A stretch of 64,000 nucleotides of DNA from Hemiscyllium ocellatum. Taxonomy: Eukaryota. Position numbers and translations under genes: made by a program. Positions 48,220 to 60,919 of the stretch are shown here, in pieces (the stretch's first letter is position 1; every line of letters starts with the position of its first letter). The stretch is from positions 92,038,484 through 92,102,483 of the forward strand of contig NC_083408.1 of assembly GCF_020745735.1 (NCBI RefSeq). The letters run 5' to 3'. The notes beneath the pieces are model-generated. The model was not told where the DNA came from and searched no databases. It was given only the letters and a program-made list of their open reading frames with translations.

Positions 48220-48801
48220 GTAGGTTATTAATTCCAACTTCCTGGTGTTGTGGAAGAAAGGTTCAGTAACGCCTGAAGTTGTGGGGCAGTATATTTGAAA
48301 ATTAATATTTTTAAATTATATTTCAGCAGTGCTGTGATAGCCTGATTCAGAAAGATATCTGTCTTTTTTTCTCTACTTTTGCTACATTTTGCTTTTAAAC
48401 AACTTCTATTCTTAACTGTCCAGCTTTTCCATCCTTACAAAATAGATGGCAAACCAAAGATTAGTTCTTTTTTCATTATCTCTTGGTGTTGGTACATTGT
48501 TATTTCAAGGATTCTGATATTGTAACTATAATTGCAGTGCTGACAATTACTTTTATTGCTTATGTTTTAGTCTGCTTCAATGGAAAGTGTCTAAGCCTGG
48601 GTTGGTATAACCATTTTATTGTTCTGGTGCACACTGAAATTTCAACTTGCTCATCTGAAATCTGTGCCATTAGCTATTTGATCAGTTGTAATGTGTTAGC
48701 TCCTCAAGCTTATTCAACCTTTTTTTTAAACAATTCTAGCAGTGCTTTTGACTGGAGTTGTGATAGAAAATGACAGTTTGCAAGTCAGCAGAGTTGAAAA
48801 G

Positions 48802-49007
48802 AGCTGAAAAATGTGTAGCTGGAAAAGTGCAGCAGGTCAGGCAGCATCTGAGGAGCAGTTGAATCAACGTTTCGGGCATAAGACCTTCTTATGCCCGAAA
48901 CGTCGATTCTCCTGCTCCTTGGATGCTGCCTGACCTGCTGTGCTTTTCCAGCAACACATTTTTCAGATCTGATCTCCAGCATCTGCAGTCCTCACTTTCT
49001 CCTCCTT
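48802..49007. mobile_element. Fold-back PLE-terminal mini-element (family A) with 14-bp TSD
   Basis: Arms ~48804-48883 and 48887-48966 plus a 41-nt unpaired tail; TSD GCAGAGTTGAAAAG at 48788-48801 and 49008-49021. Confidence 0.9.
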
Positions 49008-50180
49008 GCAGAGTTGAAAAGCAAATTTGAGCATAGGCATGGGAGAAGATCCTGGTCACCCAAAGAAATCCATGCTAGTTTGGAGCATATAATTTATAGT
49101 TCATAACTTTCAAATTCTACTACAAGGTTTGTGGCTGAGCTTAATCACATTATTCCAGCACATACAGCATACAACAAGTTTCATAAACTGATCAGTACAC
49201 TGAATTATGTTGGCAAGCAGACATGCGCTGTTATCTCAGTCTTGGATCTTCTAGTTCCCATGGCTTAGCCACCTTGTTTGGCCTTCTGTTCCTTTTATCT
49301 CCTTCTTCTATGCAGCAATGAATAAAAAAATGCCCAGGCCATTAAGGCTATCATTACAAAAGCTGACCACGTATTCTCAGGACTATCCTTGGCCAAGTGT
49401 CCTATCATTTTAAGAAGGAGCCGACATACCTAGAGAACTTCCTTCAAGATTATTGATCCACCTTATTAATAATCCAACTAATATTGCCTAACGCCCCGTA
49501 ACTTTCTACTTGACTAGCTTATATAGTACTGTAGTTAATGATTGCAAGCCTCTGTCTATGTCTGATTTATTTCTACGTCCATCAAATTCAAATATCTTAC
49601 TGACTTGTTGAGCTACTGTGATTTCCAATGAGTTTAACTCCTTTAGCATGTGTCTAGTTTTTTTATTAGGTTACAAAATGGCATTGAATTGGTAAGCTTT
49701 GTGAAAATATGAAAGCATTTTTAAAAATAGAGAATAGTTCTTTATGGTTTTACACATTTCAGTGCCTGTTATTGTCTTTGTTTGATTCTGACTTCTCCAA
49801 GCTATAAATTGCCAGGCAGCCATAAAGTCTGATGTTGTTTTTGTATCTTCACAATGCACGAAGAAGCAAGCCCACCTTTGCACATTTGATTAATTATCCA
49901 TTCTTGTTTATTCATTGTCGAAAGTTTGTGACATTCAATATTTGCTGATGCTGTTTCAAGAACTGAGAAAGTAGATGTGACCCATATTGTCTGTCTGGTG
50001 ACCCGTAATGATTTGTAACAGTAACATTAGACTTTTCTTCAAGCGTTCAAGCAAATGTCTTTGTGGCCTGAAAATCTCTCAAATTTCATTTAAGGTTCAA
50101 AAGATCCTGCATAAATACCTTATACCTTTTTGTTTGTTTTCAATCTGACTGTGCCGAGTATAAATTACTCTCTAAGTCAC

Positions 50181-50553
50181 TGTTAAAAATCACACAACAC
50201 CAGGTTATAGTCCAACAGGTTTATTTGGGAATACTAGCTTTTGGAGCACTGTTCCTTCATCAACTAGCTGTGGCGCAGGATCATAAGGCACAGAATTTAT
50301 AGCAAAAGATTACAATGTAATGCAACTGATATGATATATTGAACAAATCTAGATTGCTGTTAAGTCTTCCATCTTTTAGAATGGGTTGCATTAATATGTA
50401 AATCCCAGAACTATTTTCAAATCACATTCTTGAAACAATATAAGGTTTTATTTTAAAAAACAGTAACATCTTAGCTCGGACAATACATTAATGGTGTTGT
50501 GTGATTTCTAACTTTGTCCACCAAAGTCCAACATGTGCACCTCCATATCATGG
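50181..50553. mobile_element. PLE-terminal element (family B) with a short inverted end and 12-bp TSD
   Basis: TCTCTAAGTCAC at 50169-50180 and TCTCCAAGTCAC at 50554-50565; GTTAAAAATCACACAACACC ... GGTGTTGTGTGATTTCTAAC. Confidence 0.75.
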
Positions 50554-50884
50554 TCTCCAAGTCACATTTTTGTAAATTCTCTCCTTAAATACATTATATG
50601 CTCTTAAGCTTATGTTTTTAATCATTATTTCATTCTAGTGTGGGGTTATTTGCCTCCTTCCACACTTGCCTGATTGTATTTCTTTCAAAATGCTCAGTTT
50701 CAATCATTTTAACATTGACAGATTTTTGTTTTGGATGTAAAGTTGGATTAATTGGAAAGATACATTAAACAGTTATGTGAAGATGGTTGTATCAAAACGG
50801 ACATTTCAAAATTCTATTTAATGTCAGCTAGGAAAATGCTTCACCTCCCCAGCTAAATAAAATTGTAATATAATTTACTTAAAA

Positions 50885-52612
50885 GAGCCAGAAGGAGGCA
50901 TGTGAAAGCTTTAGGGGGTGGGATTAAGGAAATCCCTAAGATGTTCTATACTTAAGTGAGGAACAAGAGGATGGCCAGAGTGAGGATAGGGCTGATCAGG
51001 GATAATGCAGGGAACTTGTGCCTGGAGTCGGAAGAAGTAGGGGAGGTCTTTACTGAATACTTTGCTTCAGTGTTCACTAGTGAGAAGGACCTTGACTCTT
51101 CTGAGGACAACGTGAAGCAGACTGATATGCTAGTACAGATTGATGTTAAGAAGGAGGATATGTAAAAATTTTCAAAACCGTAAGGATAGATAAATCTCCT
51201 GGGCCAGAGGGGATATACCCTAGGTTACTACAGGAAGCGAGGGAAGTGATTGCTGCGACTTTGGCAATGATCTTTACGTCCTCTCTGTCCACTGGAGTAA
51301 TGCCAGATGATTGGAGAATGGCAAATGCTATTCCCTTGTTCAAGAAAGAGAATAGCAATAACCCTGCGAATTACAGACCAGTCAGTCTTATGTCAGTGGT
51401 TGGTAAATTATTGGAGAGGATCCTGAGAGACAGGATTTATGATTACTTGGAAAATCAGAGTTTGACTGGAGGTAGTCAACATGGCTTTATGCGGGACAGG
51501 TCATGCCTCCCAAACCTTATTAAATTCTTTGAGGATGTGACAAAACACGTTGATGAAGGTAGAGCAGTGGATGTGGTGTACACAGATTTTAGCAAGGCAT
51601 TTGATAAGATTCCCCATGGCAGGCTCATCCAGAAAGTAAGGAGGCATGGGGTATAGGGAAATCTGGCTGCATGGATACGGAATTCACTTGCCTGTAGAAA
51701 ACAGAGGATGGTAGTAGATGGAAAGTATTTAGCCTGGATTTCAGTGACCAGTGACGTTCCGCAGGGATCAGTTCAGGGATCAGCTCTTTGTGATTTTTAT
51801 AAATGACTTGGACGAGGAAGTGGAAGGGTGGGTTAATAAGTTTGCCGATGACATGAAGGTTGGTGGAGTTGTGAATAGTGTGAAGGGCTGTTGTAGGCTG
51901 CAACGGGATATTGACAGGATGCAAAACTGGACTGATAACTGGCAGATGGAGTTCAACCTGGAAAAGTGTGAAGTCATTCACTTTAGTAGGTCGAATTTGA
52001 ATGCAGGCTACAGGATTAAAGGCAGGATTCTTGGCAGTGTGGAGGAACAGAGGGATCGCATAGATCCCACAAAGTTGCCACCCAAGTTGATAGGGTTGTT
52101 AAGAAGGTGTATGGCTTTCATTAGCAGGGGAATTGAGTTTAAGAGCTGCGAGGTTATGCTGCAGTTCTATAGACCCTGGTTAGACCACCCTTGGAATATT
52201 GGGTTCAGTTCTAGTTACCTCATTATAGGAAAGATGTGGAAACTTTAGAGATGGTGCTAGAGAATTCACCTGGATGCTGCCGGGAATGAAGGGCATGTCT
52301 TATGAAGAAAGGTCGAGGGAGTGAAGAAGGATGAGAGGTGTACAAGAGGATGAGAGGCATAGATAGAATGGATAGCCAGAGACTGTTTTCAAGGGCAGAA
52401 ATGTCTGTCACAAGAGGGCATAATTTTAAGGAGGGTTTAGGGGAGATGTCAGAGGTAGGTTCTTTACACAGGTGTGTGGAATGGACTGCTGGCAGTGTTA
52501 GTAGAATTAGATACATATGTACATTTAAGGGAATCTTGGATAGGAACATGGAAGATAGTATAGCATCGAGGGCCAAGGGACTGTACTTTTCTGAACTGTT
52601 CTATGTTCTGTA
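50885..52612 (+). mobile_element. 5'-truncated CR1 LINE ORF2
   Basis: NYRPVSLMSVVGKLLERI, SQHGF, YTDFSKAFDK, KFADDMKV; 3' TGTTCTATGTTCT tail. Confidence 0.9.
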
Positions 52613-52665
52613 ATGTAAGAAATAAGAGCAAGTTTTGACCATCTAATCTGTTTTGTCATTCAGTA

Positions 52666-52809
52666 GTCTGGAGATGCTGACATTGGACTGAGGTGGACAA
52701 GGTCAGAAGCCAGATGACACCAGGTTATAGCCCAACAGGTCTGCTCCGAAAGCTTGTGATTTCAAGTAAACCTGTTGGACTATAACCTGGTGTCATCTGA
52801 CGTCTGACA
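52666..52809. mobile_element. Fold-back PLE-terminal mini-element (family B variant) with 10-bp TSD
   Basis: TCATTCAGTA at 52656-52665 and 52810-52819; CAGATGACACCAGGTTATAG..ACAGGT pairs with ACCTGTTGGACTATAACCTGGTGTCATCTG. Confidence 0.8.
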
Positions 52810-52839
52810 TCATTCAGTAAGATCTTGATTAAACATTTA

Positions 52840-53225
52840 GAATCTTACAGTCATACAACTCAGAAACAGGCTTTTTGGCCCATCTCATCTATGCCGAGCA
52901 GGTTTCCTAAACTTAACTAGTCCTATTTTCCTGTGTTTGGCTTATATTCCTATAAACATTTCCTCTTTGTACCTGTCCAAATATATTTTAAATGCTTGTA
53001 GTTGTACCCATCTATTATTTCCTTATGGCAGCTCATTTGATATATGCACCACCCTCTGTGTGAAAAAGTTGTCCCTCGCTCCCTATTAAATCTTTCTTCT
53101 CTCACCTTAAACCTATGCCCTCCTGTTTTGGAGTCCCTACCCTGTGGAAAAGACCCTGACTGTTTACCTAATCTATGCCCCTCATGATTTTATAAACCTC
53201 TAAAAGATCACCTCATGGCCTCCTT
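52840..53225 (-). mobile_element. CR1 LINE 3' end
   Basis: ACCACCCTCTGTGTGAAAAAGTT..ACCTTAAACCTATGCCCTC is the reverse complement of a CR1 C-terminus. Confidence 0.7.
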
Positions 53226-54727
53226 AAGCCAACACTTTCCCACCCTCTCTTCATTTTCCTTGATTCCTTTAGTGTTCAAGGATCTATTGCTCTCAGACTT
53301 GAGAGTATTCATTGATTAAAATATCTGCAGCCCCATGAGTTCAGAATCCTAAAGGTTCATAAGTCAGAGTGAAGAAATCTGCCTCGTCTCCATCCTAAGC
53401 TGTCAACCCTTTATCCTCACTCTACGCAAGTAGTTCCAGACTTTCCAGTAGAGGAGGACGATCTCCTGTTCAAGTACCCTCTAAGAATTTCATGTTTTCA
53501 ATGAGACAATTGAGTATATAAATTATATGAATTTCTGTGCCAATGTGATGCCAAAAATGTAGATTATCCATCCCAAAGCTTGATGAATCATAATAAGCAG
53601 CATATCCTTTCAGTTGTTTGTGACAAGTGGGGTACTGACCGTATGTAACTAGCTTGCACTTACAAAACACACAACATTGTGTGTTAGATATGATTCTGCA
53701 ATTGGCCAATAATCCTGAGGGTGTGAAGAATTATATGACAACCAATTAAGGACTGTCAGTTGGGCTCAGTGTGACACAGTTGAGTATACTGTAAAAACAA
53801 GGGCTGCAGAGTATACTGTAAGCCAAATGCAAGAATATATTGTGTCTTCTTGTTTGCAGACTGAAAGAATATATGCATGCACTGTGCCTGTTTAAGTGCA
53901 TTAAAGTAAGTGATATCCACGTGCTGGTTTGTTTCTCATGGCATGCCCTGATGAATTAGAATCAAACTGTCTGGTTTGAAATCTAAACAAAATCTGAAAG
54001 GTTAACAGTAAATATTGTTACCTGCTGCATTCTCCTTGGCAATGCCTCTAGAATTTGTCAACCAAACAGCATTTTCTCTCCAAAAGCTTTTCCCCTTTAT
54101 TGGTGTATTCTTGTGAATTACTCTGAGTTTAAGATAAAAAGCTTTGACGATTTTTGTTTTCGAAGTACTCAATCATCTCATGTTCTTCCAAACTCCAGAA
54201 AAAGTACACTCTTTTTGCTCATAGTACAATCATCTCATTCCAGGAATTAATCTATTCAGCCTTCATTGTACTGTCGCAAAAAGAATTTTATCCTTCCTCA
54301 GGTAAAGAAGCTAAAACTGTACACTGTTTGCCAGGTGTTGTCTCAAAGTATTATATTATTGTAACAGTTCCTTACACTTGTTGCCCAATTGCCTTGCCAC
54401 AAAGGCTAACATGCCACTTGACTTCGTAACTGTTTCCGATGCTTGTATGTTAATTTTCTGAGATGTATACAAGGATCCTTTGAATACTAATACTTCCCAG
54501 CATCTTGCCTGTTTTTAAAAAAAACCTACTTCAATGACTTTCTATAAGTACTCTATCTACCACCTTCCCTTTCAATCACAGAATTGCTGTCATCTTTTTG
54601 CAGCCTCTATTATAAGATCATAAGGCATATTCATACCTTTGGTGCTTAGTTTTCCAGAGTTTAATGATATTCTCAGTTAAAAATCACACAACACCAGGTT
54701 ATAGTCCAACAGGTTTAATTGGAAGCA

Positions 54728-54762
54728 CACTAGCTTTCAGAGCGACGCTCCTTCATCAGGTT
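54728..54762 (-). ncRNA. Minimal type I hammerhead ribozyme motif (PLE-associated)
   Basis: Minus strand reads AC-CUGAUGA-A-GGAGC-GUC-GCUCU-GAAA-GC-UA|GU: intact core, stem II, palindromic AGCU stem III and CUA cleavage triplet. Confidence 0.7.
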
Positions 54763-54767
54763 ATTGT

Positions 54768-54803
54768 CACCTGATGAAGGAGCGTCGCTCCGAAAACTAG
54801 TGT
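54768..54803 (+). ncRNA. Minimal type I hammerhead ribozyme motif (one substitution in stem III)
   Basis: CAC-CUGAUGA-A-GGAGC-GUC-GCUCC-GAAA-AC-UA|GUG; stem I CAC/GUG. Confidence 0.65.
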
Positions 54804-55354
54804 GCTTCCAATTATACCTGTTGGACTATAACCTGGTGTTGTGTGATTTTTAACTTTGTACACCCCAGTCCAACACTGGCATCTCCAAATCATGATATTC
54901 ACAGATTTGGAAAAATGCACTTGTTCCTCTCAGCCAGATCATGACATGAATTGTAAATAGTTGAGGCTTAACTGCTAACCCCTGCATCACTGCGTTAAAT
55001 GCACAATGTTATCCTGAAAATTCCCTGTTTATTCCTACTTTTCTGTCCAGAGGCTAATCTTCATGAATGCTAATGTTAGTCCTAATCCAATAGGTCCTAA
55101 TGTGTTTGGAAAATAATTGATGCAATCTTAAAAATCTGAATATGCCCCAGCCAAAAGTCTCCCCCTTATCTTGCCTGCGGCCTCAAGGGTAGCTCAATTA
55201 ATTACTCTTGCCTTTGTGCCAGAAGACTGTGGGATCAAGTCCCACTCCACAAACTTGAGCATAAGAATCTAGACTCTCATACCAGTTATTACCACACTTC
55301 TGTTTATGGGAGTTTGATCTATGCAAATTGATTGCTGTTTATCCAAATTATAAA

Positions 55355-55680
55355 GGCAGCATGGTGGCACAGTGGTTATCACTGCTGCCTCTCAGTGCCA
55401 GAGACCCGGGTTCAATTCCCGCCTCAGACAACTGACAGTGTCGAGTTTGCACACTCTCCACGTGTCTGCATGGGTTTTCTCCAGGTGCTCCAGTTTCCTC
55501 CCACAGTCCAAAAATGTGTGCATGTTAGGTGAATTGGCCATGCTAAATTGCCCGTAGTGTTAGGTGAAGTGGTTAATGTAGGGGAATGGGTCTGGATGGG
55601 TTGTGCTTCGACATGTCGGTGTGGACTTGTTGGGCCTAAGGGCCTGTTTCCACACTGTAAGGAATCTAATCTAATCTAAT
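55355..55680 (+). mobile_element. V-SINE (HE1-like), full length
   Basis: GGTGGCACAGTGG A-box, GGGTTCAATTCCC B-box, V-domain, (AATCT)n tail. Confidence 0.88.
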
Positions 55681-55702
55681 AAGCAACTACCCTTCAAAAG
55701 TA

Positions 55703-55868
55703 ACAAAAACAGAAATTGCTGGAAAAACTTTGCAGGTCTGGCAGCATTTGTGGAGAGTAATGCAAGTTAACCTTTTCTCTGATTTCTCTCCACAGATGCT
55801 GAATTTTTCCAGCAATTTCTGTTTTTGTTTCTGATTTCCAGCATCTGCAGTTCTTTCGGTTTTTTACA
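55703..55868. mobile_element. Fold-back PLE-terminal mini-element (family C) with 11-bp TSD
   Basis: ACAAAAACAGAAATTGCTGGAAAAA pairs with TTTTTCCAGCAATTTCTGTTTTTGT, plus a tail; CTTCAAAAGTA at 55692-55702 and CTTCAGAAGTA at 55869-55879. Confidence 0.75.
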
Positions 55869-58124
55869 CTTCAGAAGTACTTAATAGGCTGAAAAGTACT
55901 TTGACGATCTCTGAGGTCACGAAAGGCATTTTATGAGTCAAAGATTTCCTTTCCTATAAACCTCTCCATCACCTCAACAAAGCTTTATGAGATTTGTGAA
56001 CCATAATTTGTCTTTCATGAAACTATACCTAATAATATCATGATTTTCCAACTGCTCTGTTACTAGATCTTTAATCATTATTGAATGTTAAATATTAACA
56101 GTATTCGACTTTAAATTCCTTGTTTGCTCTCTCCTCCTTGTGTTTTAGTATTTTAGGAAATTGTGGAAGGTCAACCACCTCTTTTAAAACTATATTATGT
56201 AGGCTATAAGGCCCAGAAAACTTGTTGGTTTTTAGCCATCTGAATTTTTAAGAGTACTTATTTATGCATAATTAGGTTTAACAAAAAATGTTTGTTTGAT
56301 TATGTTATCAAATAAAACCTTTTATTTACCAAATCATAGAATGATACATTTAGAAGCAAAGTATGGTGTATTCCATGACAACACTTCTTGGTTAGAACAA
56401 TGTGATAAGTTGCTTCAGTCAAGTTTGTTAAAATTTACATTTATTTATAGCGGTCAGAGTGCTAAGATTTTTATTGGTAATTCCTGATAAATTAAAGTGA
56501 TTTGAAATAGAAGTCATATATTCCTGCTTGATATAAACAGTATTGAGCTTGGAGTTTATTAAAACAAATTCATCCAAGAGATGTCAATGACACCTACAAG
56601 TTCAGCATTTATTGCCTATCCCTAATTGCTTTGGAGAGGATGATGGTGAATTCCTTTCGTAAAGCATTGCAATTCACCTGGTATAGATGTGCACAAAATG
56701 CTGTTGGGGTAGGACAATGATGTAATGCCAATGAAGGCATGGCAATATAGTTCCAAGCCAGGATGGAATGGAATATGAGATGGAGGGCAACTTGCATATG
56801 GCAGTGCTCTCACGCATCTGCTACCTTTAATGTTCCAGATGGTCAAGTGACCTGGAATACTCTACCTGGGAATCAGGAAACCCTCAAGTCACTGAGGTAA
56901 TGAATTCCTTGCGAATGAATGTGGAATCTCTTGATTAAGGCTGCAGAACTAAGTGCTGCTATACGGGGTGAAATATAGTGGATGCTGTTGTAATGAACAT
57001 TGTGCCAATTGAATAAGTTAATGCTGAGTAATTTTATTTTGTGAAGATTTGCATTTATGTTATTGCATCTCGTACTGTGAATTACTAGAGGTGTAATTTA
57101 TGTCACAGACAGATATGGTAAGCATGGCTTTTCACATACAGAGGTGCATGTTTTTTTTATTTGTTGCTAACTTTTGCCTGATCTCTTGTGCTCACTTAAG
57201 TATTGTAGTCGCTTAAATTAATGCTTACCTTATGTGATGTGGCTTTTAGTATAATCAAGCAGTGATGATTATTGAGGACATGTATGACTTGTTCTAATTC
57301 TGCTTTTGTCTAAATTCAAATACTCCATCTGTCAACACAAGTGCATAACCTAATGTTAATATGTAATTCCTGACGTGTGCCATGTAGGTAGCGTACATAT
57401 TTTGTCAGTAGCTGAGCTAGTTATGCAGAATTACCAGCCTCTGACTTGTATTTGTCATTTCAATAATTATATAGCTGGTTTCATTCAGATTCTTGCTAAC
57501 GGAGCTGTAGGGTGTTGGTATGTGAGAGATCCAGCAGTGGTAATGTTGTTCAATCTCAAGTTGAGATGGCTCGATTATCTGTTGGAGTTGATCATTTATT
57601 GACTCTAGCATAGCACAAATGTACTACGCAATTTAAGTGAACTCCTTTTCTGTTTAGAATAATAACTTAAAAGCAATATAGTACATCGCAGTGCGAGTGA
57701 TTGGAGATTTGCTGAAAGAATATATTACAACTTTGAAACTATTCCACAATATATTTGCTTGAATGCTTGAGATTTTTTTTAGTGGTTTTTCTATCAAACG
57801 TAGCAAGTGCTTTTGCACCATTTTTTTTGCAGCATGTATCAATAAGTAAAATATTGGGTTCTTTGATCCAGCATATAATGTAGTACTAGACCACATGGAT
57901 AAAGCAGTCTTGAATTCTAATTTCTGGTTTGTGCTGTGACTGTCGTCAGCAAAAATGAAGTTGAGCACACAACAAGTTCTCCATCACTGGATTAAAGAGC
58001 GGACAAAATTTGCTTGGTTTTCCAATTCTGATAGCTTTCCAGTCATGCTTGCTGAAAAGTTGATTTGGTTGGAACTGAAGAAGGACAAAATTGAGTTCAA
58101 CAGTGATTCCCATAGTTGACTAAC

Positions 58125-59538
58125 ATGTCAAAGATATTGCTGTTTGGACGAAGTTGCCGTTTTCTGCTCGGGTCCGCTTTCTGTGCATGGACTCTTGTGC
58201 ATCTGTGACCAGTTCAAACGGGCCTCGGGGGCCAAGGTCAACCGAGGCAAGGGTGAGGCCATGCTCTTCGGGAACTGGGCCGACCAATCCTTCATCCCCA
58301 TCACTGTCAGCACTGACCACCTGCAGGTGCTGGGGCGTGCACCAAGTCTTGGGGGGAGCGTATCAAGAAAGTGAGGCAGAAACTGGGCAGATGGAAACTA
58401 TGGTTGCTCTCCACGGGTAAAAACCTGGTCATCAGGTGTGAGGCACTGTCGCTGTTGTTATATTTGCCACACGTCTGGCCTATTCCCAGAACCTGTGCCG
58501 TCACAGTCACCCTGGCCATCTTACATTTTGAATGGAAATCAAAGATGGCTAGGGTCCGAAGGGACTCGATGTACAAAGCTCTGGACAACGGGGGGGAGAA
58601 AACACACCCAATGCCACCCTCACCCTGATGGCCACCTTTGTGTGTGGCAGCATCAAGCTGTGTGTGGGTCCCCGGTATGCAAACACCAAGTGTCACTACG
58701 TACTGAGGTTCTACTTGTCCCCAGCGTTGTGAAGGATGGGCCTGGCCTCGCTCCCACGGAACGCTCGAAGTAGTTGGACCGTTCCGTATCACCTGTCCTT
58801 TGTGAAGAAATTTATGAAAAAAAACACCTTTGACCACAAATCCATCAGGATGTGGTCAGCACGTAGTGTCCTTGAGATCCTTCGGGAAAAGGAGAGGGCG
58901 GATCCTGTTGAGCAGTTCCCTGAGCAGACTGTCAGTGTCATTTGGCAGAATGCCTCATCGCCAGAACTTTCCAACAAGCATCAAGACATGAGATCTTTTA
59001 TGCACGCCCGGACTCTCTGCCGCACTGCACGCTGCCCTTGAAGTGGCTGCAGGGGGACGAGACTGTCACACACCTCCTGGAATGAGACTATGCAAAGGAA
59101 GTCTGGAGATGAATGGAGTGGTGTTTGTCGAGACGAACATCAACTGTACCTGGAGGATCGCTTTGGTCTGTCTGAAACCTGTTGATCTTCCAGCTGAAGG
59201 AGCTGACCCCAACTGAGTGTTGCAAATTGGCACATTCCAAGGTCCAAGGTCTAGGACGACGGTTGAAGGACACACTGAAGTTTGGGGCAGCTACCGCCAA
59301 GGCACGGGGGGAAAAGACCACTGTATAACATCTGCCTGTCAAAGAACAGGGGGCCCACACAGTAAGTGGGCTCCGCTGATGCCTCAACTAAATACATGCA
59401 TAGTAAATGTACAGACCTGTATATATGAATTATTACTCGATCTCTGTATGCAAAGATGTTGATGTACGTATGGCATGACCAATTGTACAGATCATCAAAA
59501 TTTTTTTAAAATAAAGTATATTTTTGAAATAAAAAAAA
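58125..59538 (+). mobile_element. Tx1-like non-LTR retrotransposon 3' part with poly(A) tail
   Basis: DEVAVFC..CDQFKRASGAKVNRGKGEAM, LSTGKNLVIRCEALSLLLY, zinc-knuckle remnant (CP*SGC..DETVTHLL); AATAAA + A-tail at 59510-59538. Confidence 0.82.
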
Positions 59539-59820
59539 GTTATTTGGATTACTGAGTGACTGTGTTAAAGCTATCCCTTTATTTTTATAGTCTCTCAGAA
59601 AGGTGGAAGGAAAATTTGAAATTTAAAGTAAGGAATACTTTCAAATTGTTGAAGGGTTATAATACTGACTGTGTTATTCTGAGAAATTCATAGTTATGTT
59701 GAATAACTGTGCTGAGCACGTAATATGGTGTTGTGAAGTTAAGAAATAATTTGTGTGAGAAAATATATTGATGTTTTGTTGATCTCTGAATCTCCTGAAT
59801 TCCCAAAGCCTTTGAGTGTA

Positions 59821-60334
59821 CTGGTAGTTCTCTTATAACGGTGTTCCAGTGAAATCTCGCTTAGTAGAAAATTGCTTAATAGAAATAATGGGGCCTATGG
59901 AAAAAGTGGGGTTAGGGGCAGACTAGCAACAAAAACACGCAAGATTGCTCAAAGATCACCCAAAGTATAGCATAGCCTGAGTGAAGGTTGACATTACATT
60001 TATAGCCTGAATGAAGGTTGAAATCATATTGATTAACAAAACAAAAGTAAATTTACCACAGTACATTTAAAAAATGTAAGATAGTTGCTGTGTACAGTAT
60101 AGCAGATACTTCAGTGCGGGCATTGGTGCATGTTTAGAAGGCACTAAGACTGACACTGGTGTCGCGCATGCACAAAGTGGCACATATATTTTGACGCGCA
60201 TGTGCAGAACAAAGAGCTGGTATCGCACTATTGCCAACAGAAGTGAGCATTCTCTAAGATACTGTCGCGTACTTCATTAGTGATGTTATAGCCAAATCAC
60301 GTTGCTGAAACTCATGTTATCCCAGAACCACCTG
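59821..60334. mobile_element. Tigger/pogo-like non-autonomous DNA transposon (MITE)
   Basis: TA-flanked; imperfect TIRs CTGGTAGTTCTCTTATAAC and GTTATCCCAGAACCACCTG. Confidence 0.65.
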
Positions 60335-60919
60335 TAATTCAATAGATGATCTAAAGTTGAAGGTGTAATTTAACTTAAAAAGTAGAAACTCAGTGGGGAT
60401 GTGCTTGTATTTAAAGTTTTCAAAGAAGTCACTTGCTGCTTTATGTTTAATTCCAATGCACATATTTAATGTTTTTTTTAATCGTGCTCACCATTGAAAT
60501 TTCATATAATTTTGTCTTGCAAAGTTAGTTAGGTGTAACATTTCTAAGAGTTTATTTACTCAGAAACTTTAAATTCGGACCAGTTACAGAGATTGAGTGA
60601 CAGAATTAGAATTAAGCAGTCCCTTTATATTTCATTCCTCATTAGGTTATATTAACCACTTCCTTTAAAATGAGGGGTAGCTATTTAACTAAATATTAAT
60701 GCTATGCCATTATACAGTATTTATAGGTTGTAACAACAGACAGTGAATCTACAAACGATTTTCAAAGATTTGAATGCAGAGCAGATTTCTGGTATGTTTC
60801 ATAATTTAGTATTTACCTTTGTAATAAGGTGATGAGTGTGACTTAGTGTTAATTATTGCAAAAATATTAAAACTCTTGAAAATGTCACAAGTGCTGAAAA
60901 ATACTCACATCTAAAAGAA

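Larger units (their letters stand above)
54675..54891. mobile_element. Fold-back PLE-terminal mini-element (family B), 87-bp arms, two opposed hammerhead motifs, 13-bp TSD
   Basis: Arms 54675-54761 and 54769-54855, 7-nt loop, 36-nt tail; TSD ATGATATTCTCAG at 54664-54676 and ATGATATTCACAG at 54892-54904. Confidence 0.92.

Noticed and set aside
57261-57373. Possible C/D snoRNA (GTGATGA ... CTGA)
   Set aside because: No terminal stem and no recognisable rRNA guide sequence.
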